DNA from: a virus
Lineage: Duplodnaviria > Caudoviricetes
Virus record (IMG/VR): IMGVR_UViG_3300001450_000147
Coordinates: 1 to 31,503 of that record
Length of the DNA: 31,503 nt
Reading direction: 5' to 3' (one strand)
A model generated the notes under the pieces. That model worked only from the letters and a program-made list of their open reading frames with translations, had not been told where the DNA came from and did not search any database. A program made the position numbers and the translations under genes. Of this stretch, positions 17,302-25,427 are shown one piece after another. The number at the start of each line of letters is the position of its first letter. The stretch's first letter is position 1.

Positions 17302-17561
17302 TGAGCTGCATTCACAAGTTCGGAGGAGTTTGCAACCTCGGGCTTTTCAATGGAAGGCCATCTGAAAAAGACTGTGCTGGGTGCGATCGCTACAGCGGAC
17401 CCCCCAGGGGATTGGGCGATCAGGTCCATTCCGCACTTTCGACTTTTGGAGTTGATCGACTTGTGAAGGCCGTGATGCCTGGCAATGATTGCGGATGTAG
17501 GAAGCGAAGATCGAAGCTGAACCAGCTCGTTCCAACGAAAAGGAAATCAGATGGCAGTTGA
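17301..17561 (+). CDS. Small Cys-rich protein (C.H..C...C..C / RGLGD / CGC.KRR..LN)
   Basis: ATG overlaps the upstream TAA; six Cys in 86 aa. Confidence 0.65.
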   Translation: MSCIHKFGGVCNLGLFNGRPSEKDCAGCDRYSGPPRGLGDQVHSALSTFGVDRLVKAVMPGNDCGCRKRRSKLNQLVPTKRKSDGS

Positions 17562-18957
17562 CTACAGCGTGCTTCTTCATCGGCTTGGGCGACTCGCAGT
17601 CTTTGCCGAGCATGTTCGAACATTTCAAGGCACGACGCTACGGACTGAGTTCGCTGATGTCATGGCCAAGTACAGCGATGCTGACCGAGACCTGGCGTCA
17701 AACCTGACATCCAAGATTGGCTTCCGTCAGGATCAATCAGGGGAGATCGTTACAGATTTGAGGTCTGACGCAAAGGCTACCTTGATCAGCATGTTCGATG
17801 ATGATGCGACCCTGGAAGAGTTAAGTGTCGACAAGGCACTCGACGCTCTGATCCGCAGGCTTGACTCTGCTTCTCAGACAATCGATCGACCTTCATCTGG
17901 CTACGTCACGCTTCCAACCGGCAACAAGGGAACTGCTGACGGAGCGAACACTGGCAACGGAATCTTTTTGCTCAGTGACCTTGCGCCAGTCGGGTACTTG
18001 TCATCAGCGCAAGCCTTGGACCTGCCTTCGATTCGGACTGAAACAATCAGAGCCAAGTGCATTCGTGACTCGACGAATCGCAAGGTTCAATCTGGAAACG
18101 AGATCTTTACGATCGAAGGGGCGAGAGCAGTGCATCGCTCGAGCTACGAGTGGCCAAAGGGATCTGGGACTCGAGCAAGGCTAGAGGTCACGCGGCCTAA
18201 TAGCCGAGGCGGTCGGATGCCTGGCGTCAACGTAGTGACCAATGGGAACTTCTCAAGTTTCACTTCGAACGCGCCGGACAAGTGGACGATCGTGACAGGT
18301 TCGGCAGGGACTCACATCGACGATGACACTGACGTGTTCCGAGGAACTAAAAACCTCAAGTTCATAGGCGACGGATCGACGACTCCAAAAATCACGCAGG
18401 CAACCAACAGCGTGCTGGGAACATCTGGGCGAATCAATCCAGATCGCCCCTACATCATCACTGCTGCGATCAAGTACGAGACAGCAGTTCCAAGCGCGTC
18501 ACTGATCATCTCAGTCAGAACCTCGGGCGGGACTGTGCTGAATGACTCTGTCGCTGGTCGAGCCATGCAGCTCACCGCAACTTCGGCAGCGATGACTACG
18601 AGCTACCAGATCTTCAGTGCGGTGGTCTTCTCTCCGATCAATGCTCCGAAAGACTCGGTGATTGATATCCGCTTCAACGGGAACCAGGCCAACACAAGCG
18701 TGGTCCATGTTGATTCTGTTGTTGTCAGCGAGATGAAAAGGTTCAAGCGCGGCGGCCTTGCCTACGCGCTTGTCCCAGGATCTGCTGACTACATCGTCAA
18801 TGACGAGTTCACTGCGGCAATTACGAACAACTGCGCGAACAACGACGGAGAACTCGCGCTGGAGTTCGACAGGTTCTTCGATACCGAGACGAGCGGCGTC
18901 GTGCTGCCGTCAGCGACGAGCCCGACCCTGGCAGACGCGACGTTCTTGGCAGACTGA
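17551..18957 (+). CDS. Virion protein with helical N-terminus and putative carbohydrate-binding-module-like domain
   Basis: 468 aa; N.V.NGNF......P..W...V.VD.V pattern typical of galactose-binding-like jelly-rolls. Confidence 0.55.
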   Translation: MAVDYSVLLHRLGRLAVFAEHVRTFQGTTLRTEFADVMAKYSDADRDLASNLTSKIGFRQDQSGEIVTDLRSDAKATLISMFDDDATLEELSVDKALDALIRRLDSASQTIDRPSSGYVTLPTGNKGTADGANTGNGIFLLSDLAPVGYLSSAQALDLPSIRTETIRAKCIRDSTNRKVQSGNEIFTIEGARAVHRSSYEWPKGSGTRARLEVTRPNSRGGRMPGVNVVTNGNFSSFTSNAPDKWTIVTGSAGTHIDDDTDVFRGTKNLKFIGDGSTTPKITQATNSVLGTSGRINPDRPYIITAAIKYETAVPSASLIISVRTSGGTVLNDSVAGRAMQLTATSAAMTTSYQIFSAVVFSPINAPKDSVIDIRFNGNQANTSVVHVDSVVVSEMKRFKRGGLAYALVPGSADYIVNDEFTAAITNNCANNDGELALEFDRFFDTETSGVVLPSATSPTLADATFLAD

Positions 18958-19146
18958 TCTATATAGAGAAATCTCTTTCTCCTTATGAACTACAACGACA
19001 ACGCCGACCGCTGGAACGGTCGGCGCGACGAGGATGAAATTCCTGCAGGCTGCATGGATTGTATCCGACTGGCCCTGCTCTTCCTTGCGAAGAGTGGGGT
19101 TTTTCTTCTATTTGCACCCTTTTCCACACTTTGTGGTTCTTTGGGG

Positions 19147-19174
19147 TTGCGTGTGGCGGAGGATAGGCTAGTGT
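19147..19174 (+). promoter_or_regulatory. Putative sigma70-like early promoter
   Basis: TTGCGT-N16-TAGTGT, preceded by T-rich tracts and followed by a purine-rich RBS and ATG 19200; sits in the largest intergenic gap, at the late/early boundary. Confidence 0.4.
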
Positions 19175-19199
19175 GGTTAGAGAAGAAAGGAAGGAACCC

Positions 19200-19400
19200 A
19201 TGCGAATCAAGATCTTCAAGCGTAAGTGGTCGATGGATAACCACACTCCGCTCCACAAGTGCCATGCCTCGGCCTTTGTTGAGGCTCCGACTGGAGAGGA
19301 ATGCGTGCGACTTGCGCGGGCAGAGTGCGCCCGGCGAGATGACAAACTCACCGAAAAGCAGGTCAAGGACGGGTGGAAGTTCGAATTCCACATTGTCTGA
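19200..19400 (+). CDS. Hypothetical early protein
   Basis: 66 aa from ATG 19200 with AAGGAAGGA RBS. Confidence 0.55.
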   Translation: MRIKIFKRKWSMDNHTPLHKCHASAFVEAPTGEECVRLARAECARRDDKLTEKQVKDGWKFEFHIV

Positions 19401-19416
19401 CCAAGGAGAAGAATTG

Positions 19417-19770
19417 ATGACGGCTTTCGCAGTCAAGTACATCGACAACGGGATCGAGAAGCAAACCAGCAACGTCTGGGTCGATTGGCCAGACGGATTC
19501 TGCTGGCTCGTTCAGAACGAGTTCGGAGTCATCGGGGCCGTGATCACGATGAACGACGGTGAAGCTGGTTTCCATGAAGCGTATGTTGCGGCGGTCGACG
19601 AGATCGCCCACGACTACCAGGTGGACGACGAAGCCGAATTCAAAGAGGCGCAAGAAGACGGACTCTGCCAATACCGGGGAAGCGGCGTGCCGTCGAACAA
19701 GCAACGGGAATCTGCAATCGCGGACACTCAATACCTGACAGTTCGAAGAAACAAGGAGAAGAATCAATGA
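19417..19770 (+). CDS. Hypothetical early protein
   Basis: AAGGAG RBS before ATG 19417; the 5' extension shown in the ORF track is probably not translated. Confidence 0.65.
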   Translation: MTAFAVKYIDNGIEKQTSNVWVDWPDGFCWLVQNEFGVIGAVITMNDGEAGFHEAYVAAVDEIAHDYQVDDEAEFKEAQEDGLCQYRGSGVPSNKQRESAIADTQYLTVRRNKEKNQ

Positions 19771-20276
19771 GCAAGCGAATCACAATCAAGAGCGTCAAGA
19801 CTTTCGCTGGTCACGATGGCAACGGATGGCAGGCCACGGTCTACCTTGATGGGAAGAAGATCGGTGTCTGCGTGGATGACGGCTGGGGCGGCGGACTCGC
19901 GTTCAACTGCGGAAGCGTGGTTGACTACGACCGGCTCAACGCTGCCGCCTTGGAGGATGCTCCGGAACACAAGGAATCCCACTGCCAGCATGTGCAGGCT
20001 TGGGAGTTCGTGATGGATGATCTGGTCCACAAGGTTCTGGAGGAGAAGCAGGTCATGCGGTTGACCACGAAGGAAGTGTGGTTCCAGCTCGAAGGCGAAT
20101 CTAACACCACGTTCCGCACGTTCAAGCGGAAGGTGAAGATCAGCGACCCTCGATCCCACATGGAGGAGCATGCGATCATCGACGCCATCAAAAAGGTGTC
20201 GGAGCGCGAAGGCCGTTCGATCAAGTGCATCAAGGGCATTCGTCACGCAACCAAGAGAAAGGAATTGGCAGCATGA
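19767..20276 (+). CDS. Hypothetical early protein
   Basis: AAGGAG RBS; G..ATVY.DGK....DDG.GG motif seen in phage early proteins. Confidence 0.7.
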   Translation: MSKRITIKSVKTFAGHDGNGWQATVYLDGKKIGVCVDDGWGGGLAFNCGSVVDYDRLNAAALEDAPEHKESHCQHVQAWEFVMDDLVHKVLEEKQVMRLTTKEVWFQLEGESNTTFRTFKRKVKISDPRSHMEEHAIIDAIKKVSEREGRSIKCIKGIRHATKRKELAA

Positions 20277-20479
20277 AGTGCAGAGACAGAGAGTTCAACC
20301 GAGGCAAGACGCTGATCAGAATGGCGTACAGCATCCCGAACATGTGCTGGTTCGTATGGCGTGACGACGAAGGTCACGTCAGCCAGCAGATGCTTTCGAC
20401 GCACCCAACCAAGGAGCAGGCGGACGCCGAGTTCGATCGACGTTGCGAGTTCCTAAGCAAAGTGGAGGACAAGCCATGA
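20273..20479 (+). CDS. Hypothetical protein
   Basis: ATGA coupling, AAGGA RBS, 68 aa. Confidence 0.55.
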   Translation: MKCRDREFNRGKTLIRMAYSIPNMCWFVWRDDEGHVSQQMLSTHPTKEQADAEFDRRCEFLSKVEDKP

Positions 20480-20820
20480 CAGACCATGACCGCGTCAGGC
20501 ACATCGTTGACCGTGACATCTTTCGCCGCATGAACCAGATCGGTGGCATGCTCCATCTGTCTGAGTCCATCGGGGGAATCCTGGGCGACCTCGTGATCGC
20601 GATCCACAACGAGATCGACCCTGATGAGGGAGAGGAGATTTTCCAGTATTGGCTGGTGAGCGATCATCTCGCAGAGCGGATGATCAAGCAAGGCTTCTGT
20701 GTGATCGAGACTGAGGACGGGTACTTCTACGGCAGGACGACCGCAGGCACGGGCTTGGAGGACGACATCACCACACTTCTGAAGAGGGAGGCACGAAGTG
20801 AAGCAATGCAATCAGAATGA
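20476..20820 (+). CDS. Conserved mobile-element hypothetical protein
   Basis: GGAGG RBS; EIFQYW.VS..LA...G....YGRTT.G motif, which I recognise as a recurrent phage/ICE family of unknown function. Confidence 0.65.
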   Translation: MTDHDRVRHIVDRDIFRRMNQIGGMLHLSESIGGILGDLVIAIHNEIDPDEGEEIFQYWLVSDHLAERMIKQGFCVIETEDGYFYGRTTAGTGLEDDITTLLKREARSEAMQSE

Positions 20821-21022
20821 AATGAGCGTCACGGTGAGGCAGTCGATGCTTCGGCGAGACATGAACCGGCAGCAGATTCGCGACGGCCTCAGCCGAATCC
20901 GAGACCTTGCGAACTTCCCAGGCGGACACCACAAGGTCCGCGCGATCTGCGACCACATCGACACCCAAGTCGCGCAGCTCGAACGAGAATGCAAGTTCAT
21001 CGGGGAGATGGGACATGACTGA
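20798..21022 (+). CDS. Hypothetical protein
   Basis: GGAGG RBS before GTG; short helical ORF. Confidence 0.5.
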   Translation: MKQCNQNEMSVTVRQSMLRRDMNRQQIRDGLSRIRDLANFPGGHHKVRAICDHIDTQVAQLERECKFIGEMGHD

Positions 21023-21281
21023 CTACTGGGATGGGCTGATCAAGCGAACACGCGCAAGGCGAGAAGCGGATCAGACTGCGAAGCAGGAACACGATGCCAG
21101 GATGGCGTCGATTGAGAAGATCAGAAAACTGACACAAGAGGCCGACCGGCTGGCTCTCTCACTTGAGAAAAAGGTGGGAGAGTTGTATCGTTCGGCACTG
21201 AAGGATTCGAGAGAAGAACGTCTCAACGAACACAAGAGAAGAAAGGAGGGCATCCATGGCCCTACGAGGAACGACTCCTGA
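21015..21281 (+). CDS. Hypothetical coiled-coil protein
   Basis: GGAG RBS; charged helical 88 aa. Confidence 0.55.
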   Translation: MTDYWDGLIKRTRARREADQTAKQEHDARMASIEKIRKLTQEADRLALSLEKKVGELYRSALKDSREERLNEHKRRKEGIHGPTRNDS

Positions 21282-22089
21282 GAAGAAGGCAAAGAGGCTG
21301 AAGGCTTTGGTGTACGGCGAGAGCGGGGTGGGGAAGACGACGCTGGCCATCCAGTTTCCAAAGCCGTACCTGATCGACACTGAGCGCGGTTCGGTGAATG
21401 ACCAGTACGTCGATCAGATCAACAAGTCGGGCGGAGCCGTGTTCCACACGACTTCGTTCGACGACATCGTCCAAGAGATCAGACTTCTGATCTCTGAGAA
21501 GCATGAGTTTCGAACGCTGATCCTGGATCCGATCACGGTGGTCTATGAAGACATGCTCAACCACTGGGAGCGGAGAGTCGGCTCTGACTTCGGGAAGCAT
21601 TACTCAGCAGCGAAGAAAGAGTGGAAGAGGCTGACCAGCCTTCTTACGAAGCTGGACATGAACGTAGTGATGACGGCCCACCAAAAGGTCCAGTACGCTG
21701 ATGACGGATCCTTCAAGGTCGCAGGCGTGACCTACGACGGAGCGAAGGGAACCGACTATTGGGTTGACCTGGCTCTGGAATGCTTCCGAGAAGACGGCGA
21801 GAGGAAGATGCGAGTCGTCAAGTCTCGAATCGAACACCTCGTCGAAGGCGAGTCAATGGCGATGGATTACGAAACGATCGCCCACCACTACGGTGGGAAC
21901 CTTGACGCGAAGTCTGTGCCGGTTCTGATTGCTCAAGTTGAGAACGTGCAAGAACTGGAGCGAATGATCCAGGGCGACGATCGCGGCGCAGAACTATTGA
22001 CCAAGTGGCTCAGAGCCGCTGGCGTCGAGGAGATCAAGGACATGTCAGACGAACAGATTCGGAGGTGTATCGAATGGAACGGATGGTAA
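21256..22089 (+). CDS. Sak4-like (AAA_24) phage recombination ATPase
   Basis: Walker A YGESGVGKT, IDTERG, Walker B LILD, V.TAH; adjacent to an SSB-like gene. Confidence 0.85.
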   Translation: MALRGTTPEKKAKRLKALVYGESGVGKTTLAIQFPKPYLIDTERGSVNDQYVDQINKSGGAVFHTTSFDDIVQEIRLLISEKHEFRTLILDPITVVYEDMLNHWERRVGSDFGKHYSAAKKEWKRLTSLLTKLDMNVVMTAHQKVQYADDGSFKVAGVTYDGAKGTDYWVDLALECFREDGERKMRVVKSRIEHLVEGESMAMDYETIAHHYGGNLDAKSVPVLIAQVENVQELERMIQGDDRGAELLTKWLRAAGVEEIKDMSDEQIRRCIEWNGW

Positions 22090-22271
22090 ACGAAAAGATC
22101 TGGATCAAGGAAGTTCCAGCGTTCTTGGAGGATCGAATCATGCCGGTCTCTCTCTGGACCGTGAGGTCTTGGTGCCGCAAGGGCTTGATCAAGTCGGTCA
22201 AGGTCGGAGGCCGCAGGTACGTTGAACTTGAGTCATTGAACAACTTTTTGAAAGGAGAAGCGACATGCTGA
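22083..22271 (+). CDS. MerR/excisionase-type HTH DNA-binding protein
   Basis: VS.WTVR.W.RKG.I...KVGG...V...L..FL motif. Confidence 0.75.
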   Translation: MVNEKIWIKEVPAFLEDRIMPVSLWTVRSWCRKGLIKSVKVGGRRYVELESLNNFLKGEATC

Positions 22272-22759
22272 GGTACAAGCCGGAAGAGGAAAAGCAGAAC
22301 ACGAAGGACATGCCAGACGCGCCAGCTGGAGAACACCAGATGAAGCTGAACGATTACCGCCCAGGCGTGGAGACCGCAAAGTGGAGCGGCGACATCGTCG
22401 AGTTCACTGACGGCGTTCACACGATTTCAGAGTTCATCGATGAGAAGAGCCTCTGGAAGTTTTCGCGACTTGCCAAGGCGATCGGACCGGATGCCGTGAA
22501 CCACTACAAGCAAACCGATCGCGAAGGATTCTCCACGTTCAACCCGAAGGAGTGGGTCGGCTCTGGAGTTTCGGTGATTGTCGAGGACTGCGTGCGAAAC
22601 GGTCAGCCGTCAACCAGGATCAAGAAGATCCTGCCCGCTATCGCAGTTGGAACTTGGGACACGGAATCGGTGGCTCCGGACCTGACGGTGAACGATGATC
22701 CAAGTCCACCGCAGGCTGGCAACCACAAGCCGGTCAAGGACGACGAAATTCCCTTCTGA
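22265..22759 (+). CDS. Phage single-stranded DNA-binding protein (DUF669-like)
   Basis: P.G.H/Y N-terminus, acidic tail ending DDEIPF, AAGGAG RBS, next to the Sak4-like gene. Confidence 0.7.
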   Translation: MLRYKPEEEKQNTKDMPDAPAGEHQMKLNDYRPGVETAKWSGDIVEFTDGVHTISEFIDEKSLWKFSRLAKAIGPDAVNHYKQTDREGFSTFNPKEWVGSGVSVIVEDCVRNGQPSTRIKKILPAIAVGTWDTESVAPDLTVNDDPSPPQAGNHKPVKDDEIPF

Positions 22760-22800
22760 TACAGTTCCACTCGGCGAGGCTCTGGCACGCGGCCAGGGCA

Positions 22801-22842
22801 GGGGCGGCGGCCCGCGAACCTTTCTCTCTCTGCCGCCGCCCC
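22801..22842 (+). promoter_or_regulatory. GC-rich inverted repeat upstream of the methyltransferase
   Basis: GGGGCGGCGGC-N20-GCCGCCGCCCC, a perfect 11-bp stem. Confidence 0.55.
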
Positions 22843-22870
22843 GCTCGTCATTCAAAAACAAGGAGAATCA

Positions 22871-24094
22871 ATGTGGATCAGATCCTCAGCCTCTGCTCAG
22901 GCATCGGAGGTCTTGACATCGGATTTCACGCAGGACTGCGAGAGGTTGGCGGTTCTCCTCGAACGATCGGCATGGTGGAGAGGGAAACCTTCTGCGCTGC
23001 GGTCTTGGCGAACCAGATGCAGAAAGGCAACTTGGACGACGCTCCTATCTGGCTTGGAGACCTCGGAGACCTTTCCACTGCAAGCCTTCCCAGAGTTGAC
23101 TGGATCATCGGAGGCTATCCCTGTCAGCCCTTCAGCTCGGCAGGGAAACGGCTGGGAGAAGACGACCCGCGTCATCTGTGGCCCACGATCCTGCAGCTCA
23201 TCAGGACTCTTCGACCAAGAGGGGTCTTCTTCGAAAACGTCAGCGGACACATGTCGCTCGGCCTCGATCGCGTCCTTCAAGACTTGGAAGGATGCGGTTT
23301 CCGCAGCGCGTTCGGATTGTTTACAGCGGCGGAAGTCGGCGCACCTCATCGGAGGGAACGGGTTTTCATCCTCGGCATGGCCAACTCCGAGGAGTTCGGC
23401 AGGAGGAGCGGACCATCCGAGCCGGGACGGAATCAATCTTCCAGGGGCGGTGCGACACTGGCCAACAGCCACGGTTATTGCAAGCCGGGGGAATCACGAC
23501 GAACCTCTGGAGAAGTACCAGCAGAGGGTGAAGGATTACGAGGATGGCAAGACGAAGGGCAAGCCGGGAAAAAGTTTGGGCGTAGCCGTCCGCCTTTGGC
23601 CAACAGCCGTGGTGGGCGACTCGCGTGCTTCGGCTCGGGGGACGACGACGACGGGACTGATGCACGACGGGCAGACGCTGACGGATGCGATCCGGTCATG
23701 GCCAACGGCAAGCGCAAGGGATTGGAAGGGGACGTATCGAACACTGATCAGGAAGGATGGAAAGAAACGGGGCGACCTCTTGCCCGATGCGGTGAACATC
23801 GAGGAGGGTGGCGTCAAGTCACCGGAATCGCAGACTGTGATGGAGACCACGAAGGCGGAGAACTCTTCTGCCCTTGCGGGGTCGACTACATCGACTGTCT
23901 CAGCCCAGGGCCGACCGAAGACGGATACGAGTTCGTCGAAGCTGACGGAGTCTTGTACGGACGGCCAATCCTCGGATGGCCAGCTCGACCTGGAGAACCG
24001 CAACACGAATGGGAGCCGCCCCGCGTTGTTGAACCCGGATTGGGTAGATCTGCTGATGGGGTTCCCTCCGGGATGGACCGCATTGACAGATTGA
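22871..24094 (+). CDS. Overlapping alternative-frame methyltransferase beta-type polypeptide (WPT repeats + motif IX)
   Basis: 407 open codons; four WPT repeats (TGGCCAAC at 23378, 23459, 23597, 23699) and C-terminal LNPDWVDLLMGFPPGWT. The true start could be internal. Confidence 0.65.
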   Translation: MWIRSSASAQASEVLTSDFTQDCERLAVLLERSAWWRGKPSALRSWRTRCRKATWTTLLSGLETSETFPLQAFPELTGSSEAIPVSPSARQGNGWEKTTRVICGPRSCSSSGLFDQEGSSSKTSADTCRSASIASFKTWKDAVSAARSDCLQRRKSAHLIGGNGFSSSAWPTPRSSAGGADHPSRDGINLPGAVRHWPTATVIASRGNHDEPLEKYQQRVKDYEDGKTKGKPGKSLGVAVRLWPTAVVGDSRASARGTTTTGLMHDGQTLTDAIRSWPTASARDWKGTYRTLIRKDGKKRGDLLPDAVNIEEGGVKSPESQTVMETTKAENSSALAGSTTSTVSAQGRPKTDTSSSKLTESCTDGQSSDGQLDLENRNTNGSRPALLNPDWVDLLMGFPPGWTALTD

Positions 24095-24171
24095 GAGCCT
24101 TGGGGAATAGTGTGGTTCCGCAGTGTGCAGAGAAAGCAATGGTCAACCTTTGGAGAGAACTGAATGCCTGA
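22873..24171 (+). CDS. C5 cytosine DNA methyltransferase, alpha-type polypeptide (motifs I-VIII and X)
   Basis: LCSGIGG (I), GGYPCQPFS (IV), FENV (VI), H.RER.F (VIII), ALGNSVVP (X); no motif IX in this frame. Confidence 0.9.
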   Translation: MDQILSLCSGIGGLDIGFHAGLREVGGSPRTIGMVERETFCAAVLANQMQKGNLDDAPIWLGDLGDLSTASLPRVDWIIGGYPCQPFSSAGKRLGEDDPRHLWPTILQLIRTLRPRGVFFENVSGHMSLGLDRVLQDLEGCGFRSAFGLFTAAEVGAPHRRERVFILGMANSEEFGRRSGPSEPGRNQSSRGGATLANSHGYCKPGESRRTSGEVPAEGEGLRGWQDEGQAGKKFGRSRPPLANSRGGRLACFGSGDDDDGTDARRADADGCDPVMANGKRKGLEGDVSNTDQEGWKETGRPLARCGEHRGGWRQVTGIADCDGDHEGGELFCPCGVDYIDCLSPGPTEDGYEFVEADGVLYGRPILGWPARPGEPQHEWEPPRVVEPGLGRSADGVPSGMDRIDRLRALGNSVVPQCAEKAMVNLWRELNA

Positions 24172-24619
24172 AGACATGAGAGCAGGAAGCGAAGGATTCG
24201 AGCGAGTCAACGGGACGAGGTTCTACCCGACGATCGAGCAGCAACACAAGCAGGAGCAGGACGACGAAGCAAGGAAGGGAGCCAGGGCGACGGACCCGCT
24301 GACCTCGAAGATCGCCGCAGCAATGCGGGAGGCTCCTCGGTCGAACCACCGGGTCAAACTGCTCGAGGTGTTCAGCCAGAGCGCGACGCCTCTGAGTGAT
24401 CGCGAAGCGTTCCGGTTCACCGACCTCCCAGAACATTCCTGCTGGTGGAAACGGTGCAGCGAACTTCGACAGGCTGGCCTGATCAAGGCGGTGGGCATCA
24501 AGATCTGCACGGAGACGAAGACGCCGGTGAGGCTGTGCCGGGTCACCGACCATGGGCGGATCCTCCTTGGCCAGCGTGAGGCAGCGGAGCGGATCAAGAG
24601 GAGGCCATCGAATGCTTGA
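24164..24619 (+). CDS. Winged-helix DNA-binding protein
   Basis: AR.TDP.TS..AA...L(S)D.E...KR.SEL...GLI motif common in phage wHTH proteins. Confidence 0.7.
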   Translation: MPEDMRAGSEGFERVNGTRFYPTIEQQHKQEQDDEARKGARATDPLTSKIAAAMREAPRSNHRVKLLEVFSQSATPLSDREAFRFTDLPEHSCWWKRCSELRQAGLIKAVGIKICTETKTPVRLCRVTDHGRILLGQREAAERIKRRPSNA

Positions 24620-25427
24620 TGGAGCATTCACCTCCCCGAAACTCCGCAGGCTCTCTGTGATCCTGGGCGTACCTTGGCCTCACGCCATAGGGCTGGCAGG
24701 GCTTCTGTGGCGGTTCACGGCCAAGCACGCACCAACAGGCGAAATCGGACGGCATGACGATGAGGAGGTCGCTGCGGCCCTTGAGTGGCCAAAGGAGGCT
24801 GATGAGCTGATCCAGTCCTTGGTTCGCTGCCGGTTGCTTGACCGCGTAAACGGTCCAGCCAGGCTGATTGTCCACGACTGGCCAGACCATGCACCTCGGT
24901 ATGTACTTGCAACGCTTCGAAGGAGGGAACTCGACTATTCGCACCACTACGAGCCGACTGCTGTCGAGACTACAGGAAAGACTACAGACTCCACTGTAGT
25001 CGAGACTTCCTATACCTCCTCCTCTGCCTCCTCCTCTGCCTCCTCCTCTACCTCTGCCTTGTCCTTTGCCCATGCCTCTGGGATTGATTCCTTAGTTGAC
25101 GAGATCTGGAGTCTATGGGTGCCAGGTCGCAAGACCGGGAAGGCCGAGGGCAGGCACGCGATACTCAAGTCGATCGCGAAGATCACCATCGAGTTCAAGG
25201 TGACCGCTAAAGAGGCAGCGGCAGAGATCGCGGTGCGGACCAAGAGAGACGCCGATCGATACAAGCAGCAACTAAGAAACGGCGAGAATGAACTCCAGTT
25301 CATTCCGCATGGATCTACATACTTCAAAGCGGAAAGGTGGCTTGATGATGACGACCAAGAACCAACAAAGAGGGATGGACCTGGGGAACTCGCAGATCAA
25401 GACCTTGAGCGAATCCGAGGCTCCTAG
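24612..25427 (+). CDS. Replication initiator-like protein
   Basis: PK..RL...LG.....A.G....LW, G.LD...VHDW.DH N-terminal domain; low-complexity linker; W..W.P.RK.GK..A...FIPH.STY...ERW.D C-terminal domain. Confidence 0.75.
   Translation: MLDGAFTSPKLRRLSVILGVPWPHAIGLAGLLWRFTAKHAPTGEIGRHDDEEVAAALEWPKEADELIQSLVRCRLLDRVNGPARLIVHDWPDHAPRYVLATLRRRELDYSHHYEPTAVETTGKTTDSTVVETSYTSSSASSSASSSTSALSFAHASGIDSLVDEIWSLWVPGRKTGKAEGRHAILKSIAKITIEFKVTAKEAAAEIAVRTKRDADRYKQQLRNGENELQFIPHGSTYFKAERWLDDDDQEPTKRDGPGELADQDLERIRGS
24930..25065. repeat. Iteron-like short repeats inside the initiator gene (candidate origin)
   Basis: Repeated GACTAC/GTCGAGACT motifs, one inverted (TGTAGTC), followed by tandem (CCTCCTCCTCTG) units. 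Confidence 0.5.

Noticed and set aside
17477-17493. 17-nt exact match (GCCTGGCAATGATTGCG) to repeat copy 5 at 3815-3831
   Set aside because: A single short match encoding PGNDC in an unrelated protein, with no flanking similarity; chance is a reasonable explanation.
18955-18985. Short palindromes after the last tail gene (CTATATAG; GAGAAA..TTTCTC) as a terminator
   Set aside because: The stem is weak and AT-rich with no clear U-tract; support is insufficient.
18985-19416. 5' part of the 261-aa track ORF
   Set aside because: It runs through the promoter-like gap and overlaps ORF 19200-19400; a strong RBS points to ATG 19417.
22083-22271. Excisionase-like HTH taken as evidence of a temperate lifestyle or prophage
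   Set aside because: No integrase, repressor, att site or host genes are visible in the window, so lifestyle cannot be called.
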